The notes beneath the pieces were generated by a model. It saw only the letters and a list, made by a program, of their open reading frames with translations. It made no database searches and was not told where the DNA came from. Position numbers and translations under genes: made by a program. Below are positions 1 to 10,063 of a DNA stretch of 64,000 bases, in pieces. How positions within the stretch are numbered: position 1 is the first letter of the stretch; the number at the start of each line of letters is the position of its first letter. Origin of the DNA: an uncultured Solirubrobacterales bacterium (GTDB lineage: Bacteria; Actinomycetota; Thermoleophilia; Solirubrobacterales; 70-9); assembly GCA_963740555.1 (NCBI GenBank), contig CAVUES010000007.1:79310-143309 (forward strand). The letters run 5' to 3'.

Positions 1-2
1 TC

Positions 3-947
3 GTGCCTTTCACCGCCCAGACGCGGATGAGCGGGGTCGACTTCAACGGCACCCGCCTTCGCAAAGGAGCGGGCGATTCGATCCAGGAGTGGGTGGCAGG
101 GGACGGTGGGCACGCTCCGCCCGAGTTCAGCGCCGAGGTCGAGCGCATCTCCCGCGAGGGAGGGACACCCCTGGGTGTGGCTCGCGACAACCAAGTCCTC
201 GGCGTCGTCTACCTCAAGGACATCGTCAAGGAAGGGATGCGCAACCGCTTCGACCAGCTGCGAGCGATGGGGATCCGCACGATCATGGTCACCGGTGACA
301 ACCGCCTCACGGCGGCGAAGATCGCCGAGGAGGCGGGGACGGACGACTTCCTCGCCGAGGCGACGCCGGAGCGCAAGCTCGAGCTGATCAAGGAGCAGCA
401 GTCAGACGGCCGGCTGATCGCGATGACCGGTGACGGCACGAACGACGCCCCGGCGCTCGCCCAGGCCGATGTCGGGGTGGCGATGAACACCGGCACCCAA
501 GCGGCCCGCGAGGCGGGGAACATGGTCGACCTCGATTCCAACCCGACGAAGCTGATCGAGATCGTCGAGGTCGGAAAGCAGCTGCTGATCACGCGTGGCG
601 CACTCACTACGTTCTCGATCGCCAACGATGTCGCCAAGTACTTCGCGATCCTGCCGGCGATCTTCGTCGCAACATACGCTGGCGCCTCCGGCAAGGGGCC
701 GCTCGACTCGCTCAACATCATGTCGCTGGGCACGCCCGAGTCGGCGATCCTCTCGGCGCTCATCTTCAACGCCCTGGTCATCCCCCTGCTGATCCCGCTC
801 GCTCTGCGCGGGGTTCGCTACCGGCCCCTCGGCGCAACGGCGCTTCTGCGCCGCAACATGCTGATCTACGGCCTCGGTGGCCTGATCGCCCCGTTCGTCG
901 GCATCAAGCTGATCGACCTCATCGTCCACAACCTGCTGGGGGCGTGA
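3..947 (+). CDS. kdpB: K+-transporting P-type ATPase subunit B (KdpB), C-terminal ~314 aa; the 5' end lies outside the window
   Basis: ORF is open at the window edge. It has the P-type ATPase hinge motif [21 protein letters not shown] and KdpB-like C-terminal TM segments ([20 protein letters not shown]). Stop TGA at 945-947. Confidence 0.9.
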   Translation: MPFTAQTRMSGVDFNGTRLRKGAGDSIQEWVAGDGGHAPPEFSAEVERISREGGTPLGVARDNQVLGVVYLKDIVKEGMRNRFDQLRAMGIRTIMVTGDNRLTAAKIAEEAGTDDFLAEATPERKLELIKEQQSDGRLIAMTGDGTNDAPALAQADVGVAMNTGTQAAREAGNMVDLDSNPTKLIEIVEVGKQLLITRGALTTFSIANDVAKYFAILPAIFVATYAGASGKGPLDSLNIMSLGTPESAILSALIFNALVIPLLIPLALRGVRYRPLGATALLRRNMLIYGLGGLIAPFVGIKLIDLIVHNLLGA

Positions 948-948
948 G

Positions 949-1440
949 GTGCCGGCCAGCGTCAGCAACTTCCAGACGTCGCTGGACCGGGCCATGTTCG
1001 CAAGCCCCCAGTCTTCGCCTCGGCTGATCACCCGCCTGAGGGTTGCGCTGGGCAGGCGGGCGCTCGACCGCGCGCTCGCCGAAGGTGCCGATCCGGTCGC
1101 TTCGCCAGACCTTCGGGTTCGTGCGGCCCAGCTGACCAGTGACCGAAACCGCGAAAGGCTCTCCGCCGCGATCGCGAAGCTGCTGGCCGAAGCCAGGCGG
1201 CCACGGCTCGCGGGGTGGTCGGCCGCAGTACCCGTGAACAGGCAGGAGGTGGTTGCGTCGCGGCCGTTGCTGATCCAGGTCGAAGCGACGCTGCAATCCG
1301 AAGGGCCGGTCTATTGCCAGGGCATGGCCATGCTCGAGCAGCTCCTCAGCGACGGCGCGAGCCCGCTTTATGGACGCTCCAGCCACGGTGCGCTGAGCGA
1401 CGAGCTCAAGCGGGTGATCGCAGCCCTGCAGGGACGATGA
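949..1440 (+). CDS. Hypothetical soluble helical protein in the slot immediately downstream of kdpB
   Basis: GTG start 2 nt after the kdpB stop. Coding-like GC-rich third positions, 163 aa. No TM helix and no KdpC-like N-terminal anchor. No family recognised. Confidence 0.45.
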   Translation: MPASVSNFQTSLDRAMFASPQSSPRLITRLRVALGRRALDRALAEGADPVASPDLRVRAAQLTSDRNRERLSAAIAKLLAEARRPRLAGWSAAVPVNRQEVVASRPLLIQVEATLQSEGPVYCQGMAMLEQLLSDGASPLYGRSSHGALSDELKRVIAALQGR

Positions 1441-1452
1441 TGGACGCTGACG

Positions 1453-2649
1453 GTGGCCGAGCTACAACAACCAAGCGCCGAACGAGGCCCGCCGGGCATC
1501 GAGGATCGCGGCCGCTACAAGATCTTTCTCGGCATGGCGGCGGGGGCGGGGAAGACGTACCGAATGCTGCAAGAGGGGCAGGCCGAGGCGGAGGCCGGCC
1601 GTGACGTCGTGATCGGCTACTTCGAGCCGCACGGGCGCAAGGAGACGATCGCGCTGGCGGAGGGCATCGAGGTGGTGCCGCGCCGCCGGGTGATCTACCG
1701 CGACGCGGTGCTCGAGGAGATGGACCTGCCGGCGCTGATCCGCCGCGCGCCGGAATTGGCCCTGATCGACGAGTTGGCCCACACCAACGCCCCCGGGGTC
1801 GAGCACGAGAAGCGCTACGAGGACATCGCCGACGTCCTGGCGGCCGGGATCGACGTGTTCTCGACCCTCAACGTGCAACACCTGGAGTCGCTCAACGACC
1901 AGGTCGCCGAGCTGACCGGCGTGCGGGTGCGCGAGACGGTGCCCGATTCGGTGCTCGGCACCGCCGATGAGGTTGTGCTGATCGATCTCACCCCCGAGGC
2001 GCTGCTGAACCGCCTGCGCGCGGGCAAGGTTTACCCGCCGGAGCGCATCGACCCGGCGCTCAACAACTTCTTCAAGATCGAGAACCTTGCCGCGCTGCGC
2101 GAGGTCGCCCTGCGCCAGGTCGCCCAGGACATCGAGGCCAAGCGGCTGGTGCGAGAGACCGAGACGGTGCTCGGCACGCGCGAGGAGCGTGTCGTCGATA
2201 CGGCGGGACCACAGGCCGTCGGCGAGCGTCTCCTCGCCCTGATCACGCCGCACCCGAGCTCGCAGCGTCTCGTGCGCCGTGCCTGGCGCTCGGCCCAGCG
2301 CCTTGGCGGCGAGCTCGATCTGCTCTGGGTCGCGCCGACCGGTGGCCGACGGTCGGACGAGGAGCGCCGGCAGCTCGATGCGATTCGGCGCCTGGCGTCG
2401 GTGCTCGGTGCTCATCTGTTGGTCGAGGAGGGCGACGACGTCGTGGATGCGGTCAAGCGGGTCGTCGAGGAGCGAGGTTCAACCTACGTACTGATCGGCA
2501 CCCCAAGCCCGCGGCGCGGATGGCGGCGGCTCACGGAGTCATTGCCGCTTCGCCTCTTGCATGCGCTGCCCGGGGTCGATCTGCGCGTGGTCGCCGACCG
2601 GACCCAGCGCGAGAAAGACGAGCGAGAGCGCGGGAGGGACGAGTCGTGA
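1453..2649 (+). CDS. kdpD: KdpD N-terminal sensor domain plus USP domain protein, lacking TM, HisKA and HATPase modules
   Basis: Walker-A-like GMAAGAGKTY, then IDELAHTNAPG and STLNVQHLESLND, typical of the KdpD N-terminal domain, followed by a USP-like segment. The ORF ends at 398 aa with no kinase core. Confidence 0.8.
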   Translation: MAELQQPSAERGPPGIEDRGRYKIFLGMAAGAGKTYRMLQEGQAEAEAGRDVVIGYFEPHGRKETIALAEGIEVVPRRRVIYRDAVLEEMDLPALIRRAPELALIDELAHTNAPGVEHEKRYEDIADVLAAGIDVFSTLNVQHLESLNDQVAELTGVRVRETVPDSVLGTADEVVLIDLTPEALLNRLRAGKVYPPERIDPALNNFFKIENLAALREVALRQVAQDIEAKRLVRETETVLGTREERVVDTAGPQAVGERLLALITPHPSSQRLVRRAWRSAQRLGGELDLLWVAPTGGRRSDEERRQLDAIRRLASVLGAHLLVEEGDDVVDAVKRVVEERGSTYVLIGTPSPRRGWRRLTESLPLRLLHALPGVDLRVVADRTQREKDERERGRDES

Positions 2650-3194
2650 TCGTCTTCGTCCTGATCGCGACCGTCGTGATCGTCGTGCTCGGCGGCCTAC
2701 TCATTCTTCAGCGCAGCCCAACACCGGCGATTGCGCCATCGGCGCGGCGGATCCTGTTCCCGTTCGTCGGCGACGCACTCTCGGATCGAGCCTTGGACGC
2801 CACGCTGCGCCTGGCACGGGCGGAGGGGGCGACCGTAGTCCCGGCGTTTCTGGCCGAGGTTCCGCGCACCCTGCCGATCGAGTCTCCGCTTCCGAGGCAG
2901 GCGAACGTTGCCCTTCCCTGTTTGGAGGCAATCGAGCAACGGGCAGCCAATCAGGGGATCCCCGTCGACGCACGGATTGAGCGGGGGCGGAGCTTCCGCC
3001 ATGCAATGAAAGAGCTGATGGACCATGAGGACTTCGACCAGATCGTCGTGGCGGCCGCCACCCGCGGTGCCGATGGCCTCAGCGCCGCGGACATAGCCTG
3101 GCTGCTGGACAACGCCCCCGGCGAGATCGTCGTCATTCGTCCGGGGCGCGATAGGACGTCGAATCGCACACCGGCGGCGCAAGCCTCCTCCTGA
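2646..3194 (+). CDS. Membrane-anchored universal-stress-protein-like protein
   Basis: The GTG start overlaps the stop of the preceding gene (GTGA). One N-terminal TM helix (IVFVLIATVVIVVLGGLLIL), then a USP-like alpha/beta segment (ILFPFVG...DQIVVAAATRG...IVVIRPG). Confidence 0.55.
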   Translation: MIVFVLIATVVIVVLGGLLILQRSPTPAIAPSARRILFPFVGDALSDRALDATLRLARAEGATVVPAFLAEVPRTLPIESPLPRQANVALPCLEAIEQRAANQGIPVDARIERGRSFRHAMKELMDHEDFDQIVVAAATRGADGLSAADIAWLLDNAPGEIVVIRPGRDRTSNRTPAAQASS

Positions 3195-3588
3195 GCTCCC
3201 GTGAGCGATCACATTTCCTCGCAAGGAGCGGGATCGTTGCGCGGCGCCCCTGGACAAGCCCGAGCCGCGTGGTTAGGCTCGCGTCCGCGACTGGGAGAGA
3301 GAGGAAATCCGCAGAAGCCCAGCGGTGACCTTTCTCGACAGGTGACGCAAAAGCTTTGTAGGCGCGAAGGCTACGCGCGACAGGCTAAACGTCACCCCCG
3401 GTCGCTTTACTTTTCCGGAAACCTCGCCGTCCGACCCCGTCCCTAGCTTTCGTCGCGCGGCAAAAGCGCCGCCGGTCAAGGAGCCGCCTGTCCTCCACGG
3501 CCGCGCGACCCGGGCGCATCGGGAGTCGGGCGCCGCAGGACCCACCCGGGCTCTGTCTGCGGCTAGCCCGCCCGCTCCCACTTGTTCT

Positions 3589-3645
3589 TGGCGGCGACAC
3601 GAAGTGTCGACGCACTTGCATGTCAGGCCGGCGCGAGCTCGCCGA
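3589..3645 (+). repeat. Partial or degenerate copy (G) of the double-hairpin intergenic repeat family
   Basis: GGCGGCGACACGAAGTGTCGACGC followed by ACTTGCATGTCAGGCC matches hairpin 1 and the CATGTCAGGC spacer of the family consensus. Its 3' part overlaps the last codons and stop of the minus-strand CCG-subunit gene. Confidence 0.5.
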
Positions 3646-4534
3646 GTCGCTCCTCGACCCAGCCGGTCGAGGCGATGTGCTTGCGCATACCGAGCTGCTT
3701 GGGCTCGAAGCCGAGCGCCAGCCCGACCAGCTGCGGCAGGTGCAGCACCGCCAGCCCGAGATCGCGGTTGACGATCTTCGCCGCCTCCGGCTGCTGCATG
3801 TCGAGGTTGAGGTGGCAGAGCGGGCAGGGGGTGACAAGGCAGTCGGCGCCGGCGTCGAGCGCGTCGCCGACGTGGGTTCCCGCCTGGCGCAGCGAGGTCT
3901 CGCGGTTCATCGTGATCACCGGGAAGCCGCAGCACTTGCGGGCACCGTCGTAGTCGACCACCTCGCCGCCCAGAGCCTCGATCACCTTCTCTAGATACAG
4001 GTCGCGCTCCGGATGCTCCTCGTAGCCGAGCCGGTGCTTGGGGCGGACGACGTAGCAGCCGTAGAAGGGCCCGACCCGCAGACCTGAGAGTGGGCGGGTG
4101 ACCTTCGACCTCAGCTCCACGAGGCCATAGTCCTCGACCAGCAGCCAGAGGAAGTTCTTGTTCGTCCAGCCGTCCTTGCCCCTCTGATATTCGAGCCCCG
4201 CCCCGGAGAGCGTCTCGTTGATGTGGGCGCGATAGGCCGAGTCCGCGTCGAGCCGCTGCTGACACTCCGATTGAGCGCCCTGGCAGGTCGAGCAGATGTT
4301 CATCATCGGCAGCCCCGTCTGCTGGGCGAGCGCGAAGGTGCGCGCGTTCAGCGTGTCGGCGAGCTCCTGGTTGTGCTCGGCGATCACCCCGGCGCCGCAG
4401 CAGTTGGCCCGGTCCAGCTCGACCAGCTCGATGCCGAGCCGCTCGGCGGTCAGCGCCATCGAGCCGTGCAACTCGGGCGTGAAGCCGCGCGAGACGCAAC
4501 CCGGCCAGTAAGCAACCTTGATCTGCGGGCTCAT
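3623..4534 (-). CDS. Succinate dehydrogenase/fumarate reductase cysteine-rich subunit (HdrB-like, two CCG domains)
   Basis: [19 protein letters not shown] and a second ..[19 protein letters not shown]-type cysteine motif. The ATG overlaps the sdhB stop (ATGA). Third gene of the sdhA-sdhB operon. Confidence 0.8.
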   Translation of the reverse strand: MSPQIKVAYWPGCVSRGFTPELHGSMALTAERLGIELVELDRANCCGAGVIAEHNQELADTLNARTFALAQQTGLPMMNICSTCQGAQSECQQRLDADSAYRAHINETLSGAGLEYQRGKDGWTNKNFLWLLVEDYGLVELRSKVTRPLSGLRVGPFYGCYVVRPKHRLGYEEHPERDLYLEKVIEALGGEVVDYDGARKCCGFPVITMNRETSLRQAGTHVGDALDAGADCLVTPCPLCHLNLDMQQPEAAKIVNRDLGLAVLHLPQLVGLALGFEPKQLGMRKHIASTGWVEERLGELAPA

Positions 4535-5664
4535 TCCTCTCCCACCTCGTCGGGCTCCGGCTCGACCGCGGCCTCGGGCGCCTCCTCGTCGGGCTCCTCG
4601 CCCTTGATGTAGAGGTTCAGCTCGGTGCGGTCCTGCTCGGCGTGGGCATAGATCGCCTTGACCTCGTCCTGAGCGCCGTCGGGAAGCTTTGGGTGGATGC
4701 CGGGGATCAGCTTCGGCAGCGAGCGCATCTTGCCGGTCTTGATTCCCCGGATCGCGGTCGGCAGCGATTCGATCAGGGCCTTGACCGCGCCGCGGGGCGG
4801 CTTCAGCTTGCCCTTGATCCCCGGCGCAAACGACTCCTGCAGCAGCAGCGACTCGTCGAGGGTGCCCTTCTTCTCGATGATGTTGGTCATCGCCAGCTCG
4901 TGGCGATGACCGTTGTTGGCGTCGTCGATTCCCTCGTCGTGACCCGCGATACGGCGCAACCGCATGATCTGGTCCATTGGCGCGACGCCCTTCGGACAGG
5001 CGTCGATGCAGCTGAAGCAGTGCGTGCAGTCGTAGATCCCGTGCGGGTCCTGGGCCAGGTCGTGGAGCCGCTCGCGGGCTTCGGCGTCGCGGGGGTCGCC
5101 GACGAAGCGGTAGGCCTTCGCGAGCGCCGCGGGGCCGATGAAGTCCGGGTCGACCTCCATCGAGAGGCATGACGAGACGCAGGCGCCGCATTGGATGCAG
5201 GCCATCGACTGCGTGACGTCGATCATCGACTCGGGCGGGACGATGTACTCGCGCTCCGGCGGGTCGCCGGCCGGCAACAGCCAGGGTGTGACGCGGCGGA
5301 TCTTGGTCCAGTGGGTCGTCTCCATGTCGGTGACCAGGTCCTTGATCACCGGCATGTTTCCCATCGGCTCCACGACGATTGGCTCCGAGCCGCCATTACG
5401 GCGATTCGCCGCCGCGTGCGCGTGGCGAAGCTGGGTCTTGCAGGCGAGGGTCGATTCGCCGTTGATCTTCATCCCGCAGGAGCCGCAGATCGCCGCCCGG
5501 CAGGAGCAGCGGACGGCGAGGCTGCCGTCGTCGCGGTCCTTGGCCTGCAGGATCCCGTCGAGCACCGACAGCGACTCCTCCAGATCGACCTTGAACTCCT
5601 CCCAGAAGGGGCCCTCGCCCGACTCGGGCTGGTAGCGGCGGATCTTCAGCGTGTATTCGGCCAT
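4531..5664 (-). CDS. sdhB: Succinate dehydrogenase/fumarate reductase iron-sulfur subunit with a ~130 aa C-terminal extension
   Basis: Fe-S cysteine motifs [34 protein letters not shown] and [12 protein letters not shown]. Translationally coupled to sdhA upstream and the CCG subunit downstream. Confidence 0.9.
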   Translation of the reverse strand: MAEYTLKIRRYQPESGEGPFWEEFKVDLEESLSVLDGILQAKDRDDGSLAVRCSCRAAICGSCGMKINGESTLACKTQLRHAHAAANRRNGGSEPIVVEPMGNMPVIKDLVTDMETTHWTKIRRVTPWLLPAGDPPEREYIVPPESMIDVTQSMACIQCGACVSSCLSMEVDPDFIGPAALAKAYRFVGDPRDAEARERLHDLAQDPHGIYDCTHCFSCIDACPKGVAPMDQIMRLRRIAGHDEGIDDANNGHRHELAMTNIIEKKGTLDESLLLQESFAPGIKGKLKPPRGAVKALIESLPTAIRGIKTGKMRSLPKLIPGIHPKLPDGAQDEVKAIYAHAEQDRTELNLYIKGEEPDEEAPEAAVEPEPDEVGEE

Positions 5665-7352
5665 CAGTACGTCCGTGCTTCAGGTTGCCACTGCGTGATT
5701 GTCACGTCTGAATAGCTGATCTGCGGCCCGTCTCCGTTCACTGAGAGGTTGATGTGCTTCAACCACTCTTCATCATTTCGCTCCGGGAAGTCGGTCCGGT
5801 ACTGGGCGCCCCGGCTCTCGGTGCGATGCAGCGCCCCCACGCAGATGCATTCCGCGCAGTCCAGCATGTAACCCAGCTCGAGCGCTCCCAGGACGTCCTG
5901 GTTGAAGACCGCGCCGCGGTCGTCGATGTAGGCACTCCGGGAGCGCTCCTTGAGCTCCTTGACGGTCTCCAGGGCGACCTTGATCCCGGCCTCGTCGCGG
6001 AACACGCTCACGTGCTCGTCCATGATCTTGCCGAGCTCGGCCTTGATCTCCGAGATCCGCGGGCCCGAGCCCTTCTCACGGCCGATGATCCCGTCGATCT
6101 GGGCCTCCTCGTCGCGCAGGATCGCCTCCGAGGCCCTCGACAGCTCCCGGTGCTTGGCGCGCTGGGCCGCGTCCTTGCCGGAGTGCTTGCCGAAGATCAG
6201 GGTGTCGAGCAGCGAGTTGGCGCCCAGCCGGTTGCCGCCGTGCACCGAGACGCAGGCGACCTCGCCGGCCGCGTAGAGGCCCGGAATGTCGGTAGCGCCC
6301 TTGGTGTCCGTCTTGATGCCGCCCATCGCATAGTGGTTGCCGGGCTTTATGTGGATCGGCTCGCGGGTGATGTCGACGCCGGCGAAGTCGCGGCCGACGA
6401 GGACGATCTCGCGCAGCGCCTCGTGGATTCGCTTGCGGGGGACGACGGTGATGTCGAGCGCAACGGTGCCGTCGGGAAAGCCGCGCCCCTCATTGATCTC
6501 GGTCTGCTCGGCGCGCGAGACGACGTCGCGCGAGGCCAGCTCCATCTTGTTGGGCGCGTACTTCTCCATGAAGCGCTCGCCGTTGGCGTTCAGAAGGTGA
6601 GCGCCTTCACCGCGCGCGCCCTCGGTGATCAGAAAGCCCTTGCCAGCCAGGGTGGTGGGGTGGTACTGGACCATCTCCATGTCCATCAGCTTGGCCCCGA
6701 CCCGGTAGGCCATCGCCATGCCGTCGCCGGTGCAGATCAGCGCGTTGGTGGTCGGCTTGTAGGCCTGCCCGTTGCCGCCGGTGGCGAGGATCACCGCCTT
6801 GGCGCGGAACAGCTCCATCGTCCCGTCGGCGACGTTGCGGGTCACCACGCCGCAGCAGTTGCCGTCGTCGTCGAGCGCCAGCGCGGTGCAGAACCACTCC
6901 TCGTAACGGGCGATCGCGTCGGAGAACTTCATCAGCTGCTCGTAGAGGACGTGCATGATCGCCTGGCCGGTGATGTCGGCGACGTAGTAGGTGCGCGCCG
7001 CCGAGGCTCCGCCGAAAGCTCGCGTGCCGAGCTCACCCTCCTCGTTGCGATGGAAGGTCACCCCGAGGTGCTCGAGGTGCAGAAGCTCGTCGGGCGCCTC
7101 GCGGCACATGATCTCGATCGCGTCCTGGTCGCCCAGGTAGTCGGAGCCCTTGACCGTGTCGTATGCGTGTGACTCCCAGGAGTCGTCGGGCTTGAGCGCC
7201 GCGTTGATCCCGCCCTGGGCGGCGTTGGAGTGGGAGCGGACCGGGTGGACCTTGCTGACGATTCCAACCGAGACCCCCTCCTCGGCGGCCGCCAGTGCCG
7301 CGCGCTGCCCCGCCAGCCCGGCTCCGATCACCAATACGTCGTGAGTGGGCAC
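5664..7352 (-). CDS. sdhA: Succinate dehydrogenase/fumarate reductase flavoprotein subunit
   Basis: FAD-binding N-terminus [15 protein letters not shown], the [13 protein letters not shown] covalent-FAD histidine region, and the HPT and RxxxGxNSL motifs. GTG start at 7352. Confidence 0.95.
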   Translation of the reverse strand: MPTHDVLVIGAGLAGQRAALAAAEEGVSVGIVSKVHPVRSHSNAAQGGINAALKPDDSWESHAYDTVKGSDYLGDQDAIEIMCREAPDELLHLEHLGVTFHRNEEGELGTRAFGGASAARTYYVADITGQAIMHVLYEQLMKFSDAIARYEEWFCTALALDDDGNCCGVVTRNVADGTMELFRAKAVILATGGNGQAYKPTTNALICTGDGMAMAYRVGAKLMDMEMVQYHPTTLAGKGFLITEGARGEGAHLLNANGERFMEKYAPNKMELASRDVVSRAEQTEINEGRGFPDGTVALDITVVPRKRIHEALREIVLVGRDFAGVDITREPIHIKPGNHYAMGGIKTDTKGATDIPGLYAAGEVACVSVHGGNRLGANSLLDTLIFGKHSGKDAAQRAKHRELSRASEAILRDEEAQIDGIIGREKGSGPRISEIKAELGKIMDEHVSVFRDEAGIKVALETVKELKERSRSAYIDDRGAVFNQDVLGALELGYMLDCAECICVGALHRTESRGAQYRTDFPERNDEEWLKHINLSVNGDGPQISYSDVTITQWQPEARTY

Positions 7353-7466
7353 GCGCTAGACGGGGTGGTGTGCGGGTCCGCTGGGCACCTTGATCGCATC
7401 CTATATCGGGGCAGGTATGGGCCGGCGGCGCCGGCGACCCGTGGGCCTGGTTGGGGACGGCGCCGA

Positions 7467-8627
7467 TCAGGTGGCGTCGCCGCGAAGTGCCCGGCCGACC
7501 TGCTCCGCGGTGATCACACCGCGCAGACGGCCGTCGGCGTCGACGGCGATCAGTGCACCGAGGCGGCGCAGAGCCTCGTTTCCGAGCAGCGCGTCGAGCG
7601 GGGTGTCCTCGGTGACGTGGAGCGAGCCAGGGTCTGGCTCGATCAGCTCCGACACGCGAGCCGACGCGCGGCTCACCTCTGGGACCTGGTCGGCGCTCTC
7701 CCTGATCAGCAGCCCGGTGAAGTGCTGAGCCGCGTCGACGACCGGGAACCACGGCCAGCGGTAGCGCAGGAAGTACTCGTCGAGAGCCTGCTCGACGCTG
7801 AGCTCGTCGGGGATTGCGACCGGCTCTTTGTCCATCACGTCCGCGACCCGCATGCCCTCGATCCGGGTGCTGATCGCGGTTTGGAGCGCGGCTGCGCGGG
7901 CGGAGCCGTTGATCATCACGCCGATGAACGCCAACCAGATGCCATCGAACGTCGCTCCGCTGATCACCAGCAGGATGCCGCCGGCGATGAACAGGTAGGC
8001 GAATCCTTGCCCGAGCGTAGCCGCGAAACGGGTCGCCGAGTTGCGGTTGCCGGTTCGCCACCAGACGATTGCGCGGGTGATCCGACCGCCGTCCATCGGG
8101 AACGCGGGCAGCAGGTTGAAGACCAGAAGAAGCGCGTTTATCGACGCCAACCAGGCGACCACCGCCAGCGCACCCGAGACCGGAGCGCCGGTCCGGAAGA
8201 GCATCGCGTCCCAGAAGCCTGAGGCGCCGGTTGCGGCGAGACCTATCGCGCTCAGCGCGACCACGATCGCCAGGGTGACCAGGGGGCCGGCGACGGCGAT
8301 CTGGAACTCGGTGCTCGGTGAGTCGGCATCGCGCTCCATCCGCGCCACGCCGCCGAATATCCATAGCTGGATGCTCGAGATCCCGACGCCGCGGCGGATC
8401 GCCACCAGAGCATGGCCAAGCTCGTGCAGGAGGATCGAGCCGAAGAACCCGAAGGCGCTCGCGACCGCGAGCACATAGGGAACCGAGGAAGAGTTGGGCT
8501 CATCGAGCACGTCGCGGTAGAAGCCGGTGAGCCAGAAGATGATCAAAAAGAGCACGATGAGCCAGGACCAATCGACCGCGATCCGGATTCCGCGGACGTG
8601 AAAGAGGGTGATCGAGCTACCGCCCAT
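7467..8627 (-). CDS. M50-family (site-2 protease-like) zinc metalloprotease with a C-terminal CBS pair
   Basis: HELGH zinc motif in a polytopic membrane core and an LLPAFPMDGG motif. C-terminal CBS-like repeats. Start chosen at MGGSSITLF (ATG at 8627); the longer ORF extends to 8945. Confidence 0.8.
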   Translation of the reverse strand: MGGSSITLFHVRGIRIAVDWSWLIVLFLIIFWLTGFYRDVLDEPNSSSVPYVLAVASAFGFFGSILLHELGHALVAIRRGVGISSIQLWIFGGVARMERDADSPSTEFQIAVAGPLVTLAIVVALSAIGLAATGASGFWDAMLFRTGAPVSGALAVVAWLASINALLLVFNLLPAFPMDGGRITRAIVWWRTGNRNSATRFAATLGQGFAYLFIAGGILLVISGATFDGIWLAFIGVMINGSARAAALQTAISTRIEGMRVADVMDKEPVAIPDELSVEQALDEYFLRYRWPWFPVVDAAQHFTGLLIRESADQVPEVSRASARVSELIEPDPGSLHVTEDTPLDALLGNEALRRLGALIAVDADGRLRGVITAEQVGRALRGDAT

Positions 8628-8744
8628 GCCTAGATGGTAGGCGGGCGCCGCGATTTGACTGCCGAGCCAGTCTGTCCAGGCGACGACACAAGGTGTCGTC
8701 GCAGGCGCCGCAGGTTGTTTGGGCGAGCTAGGGTGCCACGCCTG

Positions 8745-9968
8745 ATGGCGCCTGTCGAGTCGAGCCCTTCGTTCGCCGATCGCCTCGGGGTGCCCGATGG
8801 CGAATGGATGCGCGACCGGCTCGAACGGCTGGAGCGGATCCACCGCCCCTCGGCCTCCGAGGGCGAGCGGGAGGCGGCCGAGTGGCTGGTCGCCCAGTTC
8901 GCGGAGCTGGGAGTGGATGCGCGGATCGAGGCCGAGGAGGCGCACGGCACCTACTGGTGGCCACTGGGGCTGGGGGCCGCCGCGGGGGCGCTCGGCGGTC
9001 TAACTGCCCTGCGCGGCCGCCGGGCCCTCGGGTTCGCCCTCGGGGCCGCGGGCGCGGCCGCGATCGCGGACGACTTTCCGCCTCAAAAGCGGCGCCTGCG
9101 CCGCCTGCTGCCGCGGCGCCAGACCTTCAACGTGGTCGCGGAGCTGGGGCCTTCCGACGCCGAGCGCACCGTGGTGCTCGTCGCCCACCACGACGCCGCT
9201 CACCCCGGACTCGTCTTTCACCCCGCGATCCCGCGGACGATCGGCGAGCGCTTCCCGCAGGTATTCGAGCATGCCGACACCAGTCCGCCGTTGATGGCGC
9301 CGGTGATCGGCGGCCCGATTCTCGCCGCGATCGGGGCGCTGACCGGCAGCAGGTCGCTCTCCAAGCTCGGGGTCCTGCTTGGGACGGGATCGGTCGCGGC
9401 GATGCTCGACATCGGGCTTCGGGAGGCGGTCCCCGGAGCCAACGACAACGGCACCTCGGTGGTCGCGTTGCTCGCGATCGCCCAGCGCCTACGCGAGCAG
9501 TCGATCGATGGGCTGCGCGTGATCCTGCTCTCCACCGGGGCGGAGGAGTCGTTCAGCGAGGGGATGAAGGCTTTCGGGGAGCGGCATTTCAGCGAGCTCT
9601 CGCCCCAGTCGACCTTCTTCCTCTGCCTGGAAGCTCTCGGCGCCGATCACCTGATGGTCCTGCGCGGCGAAGGATTCCTGCGCATGCACGAATACCCGCC
9701 GGACGCCCTGGAGCTGATCGACGGCCTTGCTGAAGAGCTGGGGACCTGGTTGTTCCCGAACCTGCGGCTGCGCAACGGGACCGACGGCCTGGAGCCGCTT
9801 GCCGCCGGCTATCCGACCGTGGCGCTGTGCTCCTGCACCGACTTCAAGCAGCCAGGCAATTACCACTGGCGTGACGACGTGGCCGCCAACGTGAACTTCG
9901 AGACCCTGGCCGGCGCCGTGCGACTCAGCGAAGCGGTGATTCGGCGGCTCGACGAGCGCTGGCTCTAA
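8745..9968 (+). CDS. M28-family metallopeptidase (aminopeptidase-like), probably membrane associated
   Basis: VVLVAHHDAAHPG, NDNGTSVVALLAIAQRL and LLSTGAEESFSEGMKAF are M28 metal-ligand regions. Start at ATG 8745 is uncertain. Confidence 0.7.
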   Translation: MAPVESSPSFADRLGVPDGEWMRDRLERLERIHRPSASEGEREAAEWLVAQFAELGVDARIEAEEAHGTYWWPLGLGAAAGALGGLTALRGRRALGFALGAAGAAAIADDFPPQKRRLRRLLPRRQTFNVVAELGPSDAERTVVLVAHHDAAHPGLVFHPAIPRTIGERFPQVFEHADTSPPLMAPVIGGPILAAIGALTGSRSLSKLGVLLGTGSVAAMLDIGLREAVPGANDNGTSVVALLAIAQRLREQSIDGLRVILLSTGAEESFSEGMKAFGERHFSELSPQSTFFLCLEALGADHLMVLRGEGFLRMHEYPPDALELIDGLAEELGTWLFPNLRLRNGTDGLEPLAAGYPTVALCSCTDFKQPGNYHWRDDVAANVNFETLAGAVRLSEAVIRRLDERWL

Positions 9969-10063
9969 GGGCCTATCTCAATAGAGCTCAGGTCCTAATC
10001 CGCGCAAGGGATCGGGTTGGGGGTGGCGAAAATGTGTCCGATCTATTAGCGTCAATTAAGCAA

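Noticed and set aside
949-1440. Divergent KdpC
   Set aside because: There is no N-terminal transmembrane anchor and no recognisable KdpC sequence pattern. The protein looks soluble and helical, so it is reported as hypothetical and the absence of kdpC is flagged instead.
3240-3420. Glycine or c-di-AMP (ydaO-type) riboswitch resemblance (CTGGGAGAG, GGCGCGAAGGCTAC, CGACAGGCTAAACGTCACC)
   Set aside because: The motif order does not fit either consensus as I remember it. The region lies between two convergent gene ends, so there is no downstream gene to regulate on either strand. It is kept only as an unexplained spacer.
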